This document shows positions 1 through 12,539 of a DNA stretch of 64,000 nucleotides, piece by piece. The notes under the pieces are model-generated. The model was not told the DNA's origin and did no database searches. It was given only the letters and a program-made list of their open reading frames with translations. Source of the DNA: Sphyrna mokarran (lineage: Eukaryota); contig JAGIQG010000004.1 in the NCBI GenBank assembly GCA_024679065.1, positions 41,292,001-41,356,000 of the forward strand, in the 5' to 3' direction. How positions within the stretch are numbered: position 1 is the first letter of the stretch; each line of letters starts with the position of its first letter. Both the position numbers and the translations under genes were made by a program.

Positions 1-3000
1 TTATTTAAGCTGAAGTGAGTTAAATAAATCCAATTTAGAGTGGGGTCTGAACTGCTGAAATCACAAATTAGGTGTTAATAGGGATGTTACACATCTTTAT
101 AGGCATTATAAATTGTAGCAATGTTTCAGTTTTAGGAAGTACTGCTACATTATAAAATATACACTCCTGCTTTTACTGTCTGTTTGATGATGTATGTCCC
201 CTTCCAATTATATACTGTTCTATCAGTATTTTTCTGCTGCTTTTACAGTGCTCATTCCCAGTTGGTCTTTGTTCATGTTTTACCCCAGCCGTGTGTCTTT
301 ATTCATATTGCTACAGACAGCCAAGAAGAAATTGTGTTTGCCAATAGTGTATTTTTTAGAAAATACACAGTGGGATTCATGACTTATGAGCAAGGATAAT
401 CACATAAGCTACAAATGAAAAAAGTCATGTGTTGGATTTGTGTAATTCATGAACTGATTTATTCCAAAGCTGTATTTCAATATTGCTCACCATACTGATA
501 AAATGCGCATTTGCAAAATGTAAACTGAGTGACACAAACAATTTGACAGTGGGCTGGATTTTACAGATCATGGCAGGGTCATGCTGTTTCCATCGCAAAT
601 AAGTGCAGCCAATTATGTTCTGGTCAACTGACAAGAGCGATAGCCAATTAGTAGCCAACTGGAGGGAGGGCTGGCAGATTGGTGATGTATAGGGCAGGAT
701 GACTTAGGATGGTGAGGTTGGGCCATGGGCCAGAAAAAGGTGTCCGTGTTGCATTTAAAGAACCATTTGTTGGGCAGCTAACCCTTACAGGGGCAACATC
801 AGGCATTTAACTACCCATCAGCTCAGAGGAAAGGCAGTGCTGCTGGGAAACAGAAGCTGGGAGGGGGCTGAATTTCCTGAGCAGCACATCTGCCAATTCC
901 CATGGCAGCTCCAATCCCTCATAACTCCTCAGCACCCTCCTCGCCCACCATACCCAATAATAAAAGTGGGGATAACACCTGCTCCTTAGATGCAGTTTCC
1001 AGGGGCCATGTGATCAGCGAGGGCCCTATGGATTGTCCCAGCAGGGAACTGAGCCAAGTGTCAGGAGAGTATGTACCACAGGTCAAGGAGGAGCTTGTAG
1101 TTGGAGCTAGGGAGTCAAGTAAAGCAGTCACATTGTAATTTAGCCTGACCTTGGTGTATATTTTTTTTTCTGGCAATAAAGTTTTTTAATATTTAAGGCC
1201 ACATAAAGTTGCCCTCAATCCATTACATTGGCAATGAGGCAAAACATTTAAGTCATTGATAAAAAAAATAGGTGAACAAGCCTTTACATACAGCCAGTTT
1301 TCTATTATCATATAATACCACGCTCAACGTAATCACAAGAGTCACGTCAGCCACATTACTGATGGGGCTTTGTTTAAGAAAACAATTGGATATGATAGCC
1401 CCCAATTTGGCAGGGAAAGTGGAGGGTAGGCAAGTCACAATTCAGGAATGTCAAAAGTGTGTATAAAGTGGAGGTTGCAGCCTCGGTTAGAAATTTTGCT
1501 GCAGGACTGGCAAAATCATGGAGAGGCTGGCAAAACCATGGAGAGAACAGGACCTGTCTCTACATTGTAGTGGTACAAGGCTGTCAGCTCAGAAAACATG
1601 TACACCATTGGAGGAGGAGAGCAATAATGGACACATGATTAACAGCTGATCCCTTCAGATAGTTCAGGGATGCCAGGTCTGGCTACTGGGATTTGGTTGA
1701 GAATGTGGGGCCTGAGCAACTGATGGTTGTGGAAATTGAAGAGCCAGAAGCTGCTGTAGAGCGTTAGACCCTCAATTAATAATCTGTTCAGTCCAGCTCT
1801 TTAATTTTAAAGCACTATAGTACCAAACTGAGGTGCTTTACCTGAGCTCAATAATCTTCAGACCAGCTAAACCTTTGATGAGTTTTCCAGTGCTTTTTTT
1901 TCCTGTTGCTCTTTTTATCTGGAGTCTATTGTGTCCTTCATTTCTCCGTCGGTCTACTTTGGATTTTGGGAGAAAGGACTAAAGCAGTGTGGGCCTTTAA
2001 GGGGGAGGGGGGGGCACTTCCTGAGGGGCACGTAATCAACAAGGACCTTATGGACCATCCCAGTGGAAAGTTGAGCCAATCGGCAGGAGGACATGTACCA
2101 TAGGTTAAGGAGGGACTCACAGTTGGAGTCAGGGATTCGAGCAGAGCTGTAACATTGTAATCTAGCCTGACCTTCTTTTGACAATAAAGCCTTTTATTAC
2201 TTGAAGACACATCAAGCCACCCTCAAAATATTACACAAGAGCAACCTGCATTGTGGAGTTATTGAAAAGAATGAAAAGGAACAGCAGAACTGAACATTCC
2301 CTCAAATATAAATGGGTTGATCTACCTCAACCCGCCATTCATTTTGCCCAGAATTGGCCAGAATCTTATCACTGCTCATGCTGGCGGGATTTTCCCAGTC
2401 TGCTGCAATGAATGGAGATTTGGCTGAATGCCAAATTCTCTGACTTTGCTTCAGCAGGAGCATGGCATGAATGGCAGGTAATTATTAATCACACCCATGA
2501 TTAATATTTTCAATTAATTAAGTCATGGTGAGGTTTGGGAAGGTTGGGATGGTGAAGGTGGGAGGTGGTTCCTTTGGGCACTTTATAATAAAAACCTACA
2601 AATTCTCTAGATGAAGTGGATTATAATGTGGATTCACAAATGCTCCAATTTTATAGCCCTGGCAAAAACCGGGAGCGAAAATGCCCACAGCTCAAACACA
2701 TCTTTAGCCTTAGAATCAGCAGTCACACATCATGGAAACTTGTAAACGTCAACACACTTTTCAATTTGAATAAAGCTTTCCAAGAACAGCTAGGATGTTT
2801 AGCCCACGAAGGAGCAGTTTTTAAAGTTCTGGAGCATGCTATAAATAGGAAAATGCTAGTGGTGGTAGAAAGGAGAAGTAACTGATTACATTGACATAGC
2901 AGAGATATGTAGGAAACATCGGCTCTATTTTCTTTCGATGTGGAGCTGCCAGCATTTGGCTGGGGTAAACATTATTCCCTCTCCATATATGCTGTCAGAA

Positions 3001-3969
3001 TTGCTGAGATTTTCAGCATTTTCTGCTTTTGTTTATTACTGAACAACTGGAGATTGTTTTTCAGGAGGTATGCCAAAACTCCTCTGAGATGTAGCAACAG
3101 GCATTACCAAATTATCCTGGAAGTCATTGAAATTAAATGCTTGGCCCTTCCCAAACTCAGTTACTTCATTTCAATAATGCAGTGTCTTCAAAACACCCAA
3201 CAAAACATTCATACTTAGTAGTGATGTTACATCATACCAGTGTGATGTAACAGCAAAGCAAGCAGAGACAAGGGGACAGAAAGTGGTAGATAAATTGGTC
3301 GAAATAAAAAGAACAAAAAAAATCCAAAAACACGGTACTACATACCAATGCGCAGATTAAAATGCTGCAAAAGAAATCATGCACATCCACAACAATGAGC
3401 AGCTTGTTTCAAAAAATGACATCCTGGCTTTTATCTTGAAAATCCAACCTCCAAAATAGAAGATGCTCACCTTTCTTACCCGTGCACACCATACAAAGAA
3501 CCAAGAACAGAGAACAGAACAGAAGGGAACAGACCCTTCAGCTCTCTAAGTATGCGCTGATCACATTTACTATCTAAACCAACTGCCTATAGCCCTCTAT
3601 TTCCCATTTGTTCATATGCCTATACATGAGATCTCATTCAGCCCAGAGCGCCAAGCAAAACTGATCATAAATCATACACAAAAAAACTTTCCCTTATAGT
3701 ATGCATAATAAGCAATAACTCTCTAGATATTAGTCCTTATCTGAAAATCTAATTATTGTGAGTCCCTAATTAGCCCAGATAACAGGTAGACTAGACAGAT
3801 TTAGACTCTAGAAGAATCAGGGGCATCAGAAGCTCTAACATTGGCAGAAATCATGGTATCTTACACAGAGTCTACTAACTTGAATTTCCTCATTGATTTA
3901 ATCTGACTACAAAAATATTTCTTTTTGTTGCAAAATATTCTTAATATTGCAATATTTATATTGAAATAA

Positions 3970-4280
3970 TGGAATACCTACAGTGCAGAGGAGACACCGA
4001 CTCTCCGAAAGAGTATCTTACCCAGGCCCTATCCCCGACACTCCATGTATTTACATCACTAATCCCCCGAGTTTACATATCTTGGAAAACTAAGGGGTGA
4101 TTTAGCACAGGCAACCAACTTAATCTGCGCATACTTGGACTATGAGAGGAAACCGATGCACCTGGAGGAAACTCATACAGACACAGCGAGAATATGCAAA
4201 CACCACAAAGACAGTCATCCAAGACCAGAATTGAACCCAGGTTCCTGGCGTTGTGAGGCAGCAGTGCTAATCATGATGTC
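3970..4280 (-). mobile_element. HE1-like tRNA-derived V-SINE
   Basis: Reverse complement of the head TAGCACTGCTGCCTCACA..GGTTCAATTC and of the V-domain; CR1-type tail. Confidence 0.8.
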
Positions 4281-4694
4281 ATCAATATTGTCATTCACTC
4301 ACTGTCACTGGGTCAAAATCCTGGAGCTCTCATTTCAATGTCACAGGAGTGTTTCTACAACGCATGGACAGTGGTTGAGGCAGCAGTTCATCAATGCCGT
4401 CTCAAGACCAGTATTTATTGCCAATTAGGAATGGGCAATAAATGGGATCTAGTCAAGAGTGACCACATCTTATGAACGAAAATATATACAATATATATTT
4501 TATATATGCAATCTAAATCTATGTTGGAAATCTAAAATTGAAAAGAAGTCCTGGAAATACTCAGCATCTGGCAACATCTGTGGAGAGAAAAGCAAAATGC
4601 AACATCTCAAGCTGGCTATGACTCAGTGTCAGAAAATTAATAAAGCTTCTGCCTGTTTTGGGCATCATCCAACTATCTATTTCAAGACAACCAC

Positions 4695-5003
4695 AAAATC
4701 CTACAGTGAAGAAGGAGGCCATTTGGTCATCAAGTCTGTACCAACCACAATCCCACTCAGGCCCAATCCCCATACACTTACCCTAGCTAGTTCCCCTGAC
4801 ACTAAGGTATAATTTAACTTGGTAAATCCACCTAATCTGCATGTCTCTGGACTATGGGAGAAAACTGGAGCACCTGGAGGAAATCCACAAAGACACAAGG
4901 AGAACATGCAGACTCCACACAGGCAGCAACCTATGCCAGGTATCAAACCTGGGCCCCTAGCACTGTGAGGCAGCAGTTCTAACTACTGTGCCACCTTGTT
5001 GTC
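4695..5003 (-). mobile_element. HE1-like V-SINE
   Basis: Same head and body; CR1-type tail. Confidence 0.8.
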
Positions 5004-6194
5004 CCTCAAACTCAGATGTCTAGTCAGATGGGCTACAGATGGAGAGTGGCAATAAAAAAAAAATTGGTTCCCCTTGTGTTGCATTTTCTAATGTGAACAT
5101 GGTAATAGACATGAAGAAAATAAGTCCACCAGTCCCCTTCACCACAACAATTGTAATACTCAAAGTTTACTCATCATAACTTCCTGACTTAGCTAATATA
5201 TTTTATGCCTTTTAAGCACTACCTGTCACTTTGAGTTTTCAACGAAAACAAATTCCTACAATAAAAGAACAAGAAAAAGGGCAATGATCAACTTAAAAGG
5301 TAATTCTGATTAAAGTAAAAGAAATACAGGTCAGAGCACTTTACAAAATACATGAAATCATGGTCCGCATTTTAATAAATGACTCAATGGTTTTTGAATA
5401 GACATTTAATTTTCAGAGAGAATTGCCCAACAGATTTCACAAAAAACAGCAGCTACTTCATGGATGAGGCTACCTTATAATCCTTTATTTGCATTTCTAT
5501 GATGATCTTACATCTGTTTTTTTCAAATAAAACAATACCAGAACCTTTATAAAATGTATGTCAAATTATGCTGTGATTTGACCAGGAGATTTTAAGTAGT
5601 GTAATTGAATTCATCAATTTTCTGCTATTACAATTTCTGTAAATTCTTATATAATGTATTTTACACTGGCTAGTTCATAATACTGCAGTATTATGCAGTA
5701 GCTGTTGAGTATCAATAAATTCAACAAATTATCTGAAATATGCACTTAGTGATTGTAGGCTTTGGTGGAATTCTTGAAGCTATATGTAGAGATGCATGTT
5801 CCCATTTAACAATTCAATTCAAAATTCTGAATTTTGATTTTTAATGTACTTCTTTAAACTATGCTTCTTGTGAATCTCGTATTTGTCAGTTATGTTTTCC
5901 AATTCTAGGGAGATAGAACCAGTGCCTATTGGCAATCAATATTCGCATTAAGCTCTTCATTGTTGGATACAGTAACAAAAGCACTGGATAAACTAACTTC
6001 TAATGTCAGTTTTTCTTTGGTGGTGCATTTTGCATCCGAGTCAGAAAGTTTTACACCAGAAATGCATTGCCACATCAGCCACGGAATTGGAGTGGGCGAG
6101 AGGTGGACAGTGGAAATGTTCATTGATCTCAGGCAGAAATTTTCAGTCTCGCTGCAGTGAGCCCATCCCCAGTCCAGTGTTTGAACTCGTGAAA

Positions 6195-6705
6195 CACAGC
6201 ACAATGGCACAGTGGTTAGCACTGTTACCTCACAGCAGCAGGGGCCTTGGTTCAATTCCCAGCTTGGGTCACTGTCTGTGTGGCATTTGCATGTTCTCCC
6301 TGTGTCTGTGTGGGTTTCCTCCGTGTGTTCTGGTTTTCTCCCACAGTCCCAAAGATGTGCTGGTTAATTGCATTGATGTGGATATATGTTAATATAGCCC
6401 TATTTGTAACTTGCACTCCAACCAGTATTTTGTCAATTGAGCTTGTGTCTATATATGCCCTGTTTGTGAACTCAATTCCTCACTCATCTGAAGAAGGAGC
6501 AAGACTCCAAAAGCTTGTGCTATCAAATAAATCTGTTGGACTTTAACTTGGTGTTGTGAGACTTCTTAGTTACATTGGCCATGCTAAATTCTCCATCAGT
6601 GTATCCAAACAGGTGCCAGATTGTGGCAACTTGGCGGGTTTTCAAGTAACTTCATTGCAATGTTAATGTAAGACTACTTATGACATTAATAAATAAACTT
6701 TAACT
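6195..6705 (+). mobile_element. HE1-like V-SINE interrupted by a Penelope-like terminus
   Basis: GGCACAGTGGTTAGCACTG..GGTTCAATTCC A/B boxes; tail AATGTAAGAC..AATAAATAAACTTT. Confidence 0.8.
6376..6570 (+). mobile_element. Penelope-like terminal fragment with hammerhead relic, inserted in a SINE
   Basis: Same terminus as 61130-61240; CTGAAGA-A-GGAG-loop-CTCC-AAAAGCTT at 6488-6516. Confidence 0.75.
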
Positions 6706-9059
6706 TTTATAACTTAAGCTGCCAAATTGGTGCAGGGATTTTTGGATGGGATGGTAAATTATGGCCCCATCTGTATGTTGCTGAAAGATACATTGGCATT
6801 CTATGAAGAACCAGTGAGTCTTGATGATAACTTGGTCAACATTTATTCCTCAACCAATATCATTAAAACATGTTATCCAATCATTTATCTCATTGCAGTT
6901 TGTAGGACATTGCTGTGTATCTCCACATTGAAACAATGATTGCACTTCATAAGTAGCTCATAGATAGATCTGAGGTAGCCTGGAGTGCTATCTAAATACT
7001 ATCTAAATCTCCATGCAGGCGAACTATATACTAGAAACACAGCTTTAAAAAAAATCAACAGTTACAACATTACCAATCTGAGTTAGAATGCTAATTTGCA
7101 CTAAATTGCAATTGTCATGCTATGGAGTCATTCTAAGTTGGAATTGGGTTGAAATCGTCTGGTCTAATTTTATTTGGAAGCTTTGTAGCCAGTAGAGAGA
7201 AACTTTCACTCTCTCATACTCACTGGGATTTGATCCCAAGGACCAGAAGTGAAATGATATTTCACTGCCTGGTCCTCAATAAAAAAGCTTAGAGGAGAAA
7301 ATGAACAGTCCTTTATATAAAAAAAATAAAATATTTATTGTGTACAGATAAGTTTGCATTTTCCCACATTGTTATAGTAATATATTGTCAAGAAAATACG
7401 TAATACATTATTTATCGCGTCATTATTTTCTCTGTTCTATAGTGGTTTTACATGCTTAATTTAGTCAGCAAAACTTTAAATAAAACATGAAATAAATTGA
7501 CTGTGGAATATGGAAATTGTTGAAATTTTTCAATAAAACATGAAAGGATAAATATTAAACTTTTTAATTCTTAACTTAAAGTGTAATTCATTAACAACTT
7601 TTATCTATGTATTGAGGATGAAGAGTTTCCTGTGGATTGCCCTAAAAAGCTCCAAATGTTATTTTGGGATGTATATGCACATCTCCTGTTGCATCTCGGT
7701 TGCCCCTTGTTCTTGCATGAACTACTGGGCATAAGGTACCCTGGGAGAAAACATTCGATATAAAATTCCCAGATGTGAAATTATAAATAAGAAAAATGGC
7801 AGTGGCAACACTCTTGTCACTATAGCAGAACTTAATGATAAAGAAAGAGCTCCATATAAAATCTCCAAGGCCTTCTCTAAGCAACAGGTTTCTGCTATAA
7901 GATGCTGTGACAGAAGACAACTGGGCAAAACCAGACGCGGTGAGTCATCAGGGAGCAAATATGAATAACAATTTGAGTTCTTAATTTGTCTTCTCTTTAG
8001 TCCGTCTCAGTATAATTCAATGCAATAATATATACAATGCATCTATTTGGTGAAATCATATATTTTGTTTTACTGGATTTCTAACAGGTCGTGTTGCAAA
8101 TTGATGTAACTAAAGTCTTTGTCCTAAATTCCCAAGAGAAATACATATCATGCAGCCTCGTGAAGAATTTGATCCTACATCCATATATCAATTTCCTTTG
8201 ACAACATTCAGTGTTAAATTTGACCAGTGACTTGAATATTAAATAAAAGTTTGCATTATGTAGACATAACCTTTAATTAAGGAAGAAGTGTGAAATGTTG
8301 TTGCTTCATTCTAAAAAGCCAGTGCAGTAATGGAGAAAGATTTACTTTAAAAGTCTGGCAAACTGCAATGGATAAAGTGCAGCATGATCATCTCAGTCAC
8401 CTTACCGGCAACCTGCTTTTTGACCACAATTTAGCACTAGAATCATCAAAGCTTTCATCACTGTGACATCGACATGCCCTGTAAGTTGTGTGATGGTAAA
8501 TAAAAAGTTGCAGCAGCATCCCTCAATGAATCAAGAGTCTCTGATCGAAAATAATATCCTGTCTTCATTGAAGAGACAGCTTCTAAGCCATATCTGATGA
8601 GCTGCCGGCCTCAATCTAAAATTTTCATCCATTATTCTTTGCTCATGGAAATTCTCCCAGCCCAATTTTGTCTTCATGTCAATTATCCTCCGGCTCATAC
8701 TGCCACTATATCATCTATTTCTGGAGGAAGAAATTAGAATAATCTCCTTATTTGTGTTGGTCTATGCAAGCAATCTGAAGGACAGGAGTCCATGGAAGTA
8801 ATTTATTTAGAAAAAAGCATTATTAATGCTAAGAATAAAAGTGTTTATCTTGCAGAATGATTTGCCAAGAATTATGAGAATATTTCAGCTCAACGTACTT
8901 CATATGGCTTTATTTGTTCACTGTAAAGTCATCTAATATTAAACAAATATCAAGTTGTATTTACAACTGCAAATATTAAGATGATTGCTTTCTAAGTAGC
9001 TGTTATATGGTAACATCATTACTCAATAATGGTACAGCATGTTGGATGCTGTGCAAGTG

Positions 9060-9450
9060 CAATATTTTCATGACCGCTATGACTCTCACCAACTTTTACA
9101 AGCACCACAGAAAGCATCCTTACTGGATATATCACAGATTGGTATGGCTCCCACTCATAGACCACAAGAAACTACAAAGGGTTGTGAACATAGCCTGGTC
9201 ATCACACAAACCAGCCTCCCATCCATTGCTAGTGTCTATACTTCCTGTTGCCTCAGAAAAGCAACCAGCGAAATCAAGGACCCTTTTTACCCCGGACATT
9301 CTCTCATCCACCTTCTTCCATCGGGAAAAAGATACAAAAGCCTGAAAACACATACCAACCAACTCAAGAACAGCTTCTTCCCTGCTGCCATCAGACTTTT
9401 AAATGGTCCTATCATATATTAAGCTAATCTTTCTCTTCATCTTATCTATT
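9060..9450 (+). mobile_element. Rex1/Babar-type LINE 3' fragment
   Basis: ORF 9039..9422 ends LLPSGKRYKSLKTHTNQLKNSFFPAAIRLLN; matches 41700-42050. Confidence 0.8.
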
Positions 9451-10895
9451 ACTGGAAAATACGAATGGTCCACGAGGAGGATAATAGTGAATGAGGACAT
9501 GGAAGTGGCAACTCTTCTCAAAGCAATGCTACCGTCTCCCTTTATCCCCTTACCTTAGTCAGTACCCTACACGCTCCCTTATCTCTTGAGGACAAGTCTG
9601 CCCCTTATACTTGTAGGCAGAGCAATCTTTAGTTGAATCCTTGTGGGCTTCCGGACAGAGAGGACGTCAGCCAAAAGCATCTCTGCAGTCAGAGTAGGGA
9701 ACTGAGCAACCCATCTCTCTGCTTCTGCTAATGCCACAGGGATTGTGCCACACTTAAGAACTAGAAAAGGACAAATAAAAATATTAGTAGCACAAGGATA
9801 TGCATGTCCGTGTGTTAAACAACATTAAATCACTAAGCTTCTGTTTCATTTTTCAGCCACATAAATATTATTTGTTTGCAGCAGCGCTTCCTCCTCTTTC
9901 TTGCTGCTCTCTGGAAGGCGGCCTTTTGACTTGTGATGAACGGTGATGGAAGGGTTAATGGCAAGCAATGGGTGACTGTAAAAGGAATACTTGGTCAATT
10001 GCAGAGCTGCTTTGAGTTGGGGGCAGTAGGGGAAGTGGTTCAGCAAATGCCTGCCAGGTGCTTTAACCTAAATAAACCTTGCCATTAAGAGGCAGTTCAG
10101 GCAGTGACATGCCCTGTTACTGGTACACTGGCTGCTGTATTGTTCTCCCCCACCTCCTACCCCTATTTCTCCAAAGAGGATCTGTGCTCTGTGTCTTGTT
10201 CACCTGATGGTCCAAACCTCAATGCCATGCAATGTTGTACAGAGTGAAGAACACCACAACCATTCTGGATACCTCGAATGACACATATTGAAGGTGACTC
10301 TGGATGTGTTAAGGCACCTGAAGTGCAGCTTCAGCATGCTTATGAATTTCTCAATGACATACCTTGACTATCCTGGTTGATGCTGTTGCATTCCAGAAAA
10401 CCAATTGGTTAATGTTGGAACTGAATCCATTACACATTTTTTATATTGCAGAGTTACACAGTTCAGGCATGTACTTCCTAATCCAACAATCAGAGATTTA
10501 GTCTATGTCTAATTCAAGGGGATCGAGTGAATCCCATTTAGTGTTTTTCATCTGTGCTTCAATTAAACACAAGTAGCATACAATTTCAAAAATGGCACCG
10601 ATTCTGGTAAATTTTCCAAAATTTTCCACATGTCACTAGCGGAACCATGGAAGGAACTTGAAGCAAAAAACGTTGAGGGCAATTGGTGGTTTTGATAATC
10701 ACTGGTAAAGCTTAGCCACCAGATCGACTTTGCAGCAAACCATCTTCTAAAAGGCTACAGATATCTGACATAACCAGATGTGAGATCCTGGCCCTTCAGA
10801 GACACCAGCCATGTTTAAGAAGCTGATCCTCAGACATGTGTACTCTGTGTGAGTGAATTTCATTGTGATGATATTGTGCCATTAACAAATGTGTT

Positions 10896-11730
10896 TGTTA
10901 TGATTCTTGTGAGGACCTGTTTTTGCAGGTTTTTGTTATCAATGTTGTCTATATCCAGCAGCCCTATATTGTTACTGCAGCAGCATAATTGATCTTAATT
11001 GTTATAATGTTTGTTTTACTCTGATCTAATGCTGTTCTGCTGTTTTGAGTGTTTTCCCCTGGGTAAGGTTTGTTTAGGTTGGTTGACAAGTAGGCTCAGA
11101 TGTCCAGGATGAGCTAGCTTACATAGAGAAATCAAGGTTAGATGTTACTTCAGGTAGTGAGACAGCAGTGTCTCTGTTTTCCCCCTTTCTGAAGTTGGAG
11201 ACTAGAATCTCTCAGAAGATGAGTCACATTTTTTGAGATTATGTTGTATGAGAGTGGATCTTTCTCTGAGAATTCAAAGTTAATTGTTGTTGGAAGCTAC
11301 AGCTGGAGGTATCCCTTTCCATCTCTAAAATCTGGAAACTGCTGTCTGGATCTCTGTCTAGAAGCATGAGAGGCTAGAAATTTAGCACCACATGAGATAC
11401 TTGCTTTGGTACTAACTAACTGTGTGAAGAAAGGTATATGTCAATGGAGATATTGATTTAAATTGGAACTATTGAGATTGCTAGCTGTTAGGAATTATAC
11501 TTTATCACATTTATGTATTTTAATTGGCACACATTATGCTAATTCTTTTTGCTATATTCTAACTGTGTTCTTAAATAAAGTTTGTTATGGTAAAAGCTTC
11601 CTAGTGATTCAGTTGCATCTTACCGGGGGTGAAGCATCTTATGCTCATACTAATGCCAAAATCAAAAGTAAAAGTTAGGTCCAGGCTAACATCAGAACAT
11701 ATCGTAGCATTCCTGATCTGGTCCCTAACA
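10896..11730 (+). mobile_element. Possible solo LTR
   Basis: TGTTA...TAACA termini, AATAAA near 11575, no ORF; no convincing TSD and left end ambiguous. Confidence 0.4.
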
Positions 11731-12539
11731 ATCATCTCCTGCAAATCAAACTGCTTTGCTCATCCTTTCTCTCCTGTAGAGTGGAAGGTCTGTGATTAGA
11801 AGATGCTCCCTATGGTGCACTTCCTGATGGTGCTTATAATGCTCCTCAAGTGAAGTCCAAACTCAAACAATGTAAGTGGCTGCCATGCTGATCTTACAGA
11901 TTACTGATTCAAAGTGAAAGTCAGATGGACAAGGTCCCTAATAGTGAAAGCCACCTCTACAAGTCATTGTAAAGTAGTGAAAGTAACTCTCAGAACAAGT
12001 ACTGTGAGAGAAAGAAAGCTTGCTTTCATAACATTAGACAATATAACAGCTTCAGTGAGGTTCCAGTTCTTTTAGGGAATTTGCCATTCATTCAGTCCCC
12101 CGAATTGCTATTGTGCTCTTATCTTGTCTTCACTGGCAAGTTTCAAGAAGCCCAGGAAACCATACACTGACAGTTAAATCCCAAAATCCCTGTCAAGTTA
12201 GCACTGACTCACCAATGACTGCATTTAAACTACCGACTCACCTCTCCTGAGAGGGTGGCGTGCATGATGGTTAACATGCTAGTGTGTTGGAACCAGTGCT
12301 GTCAACTTCTGGGTAATAAGCAACATCTCCTCTCCTTCTGCTCCAAACCTATTCACAATTAGAATTTAACATCCTTCCTGTAACTTCTGAGTCACGTCAT
12401 TTTCTGTGTAATAGTGGGTAAGAAAACAAATGTAATTTAAAACATGGAATCTATAAGATTTAGCCAAATGTACTAATGCTTGAAAACAAAGTGCTCAAAA
12501 CACATTTCAGTTTTTTCTTTTCAATTACTTTTCTTTTTA

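Noticed and set aside
6205-6262. tRNA genes suggested by A/B-box motifs here and in similar copies
   Set aside because: They are SINE heads continuing into the V-domain; no intact cloverleaf.
7642-7958. 92-aa and 78-aa minus-strand ORFs as exons of another gene
   Set aside because: No recognisable domain, splice pattern or codon bias.
8594-8630. CTGATGA as a hammerhead core
   Set aside because: No GAAA after a stem II and no Penelope context.
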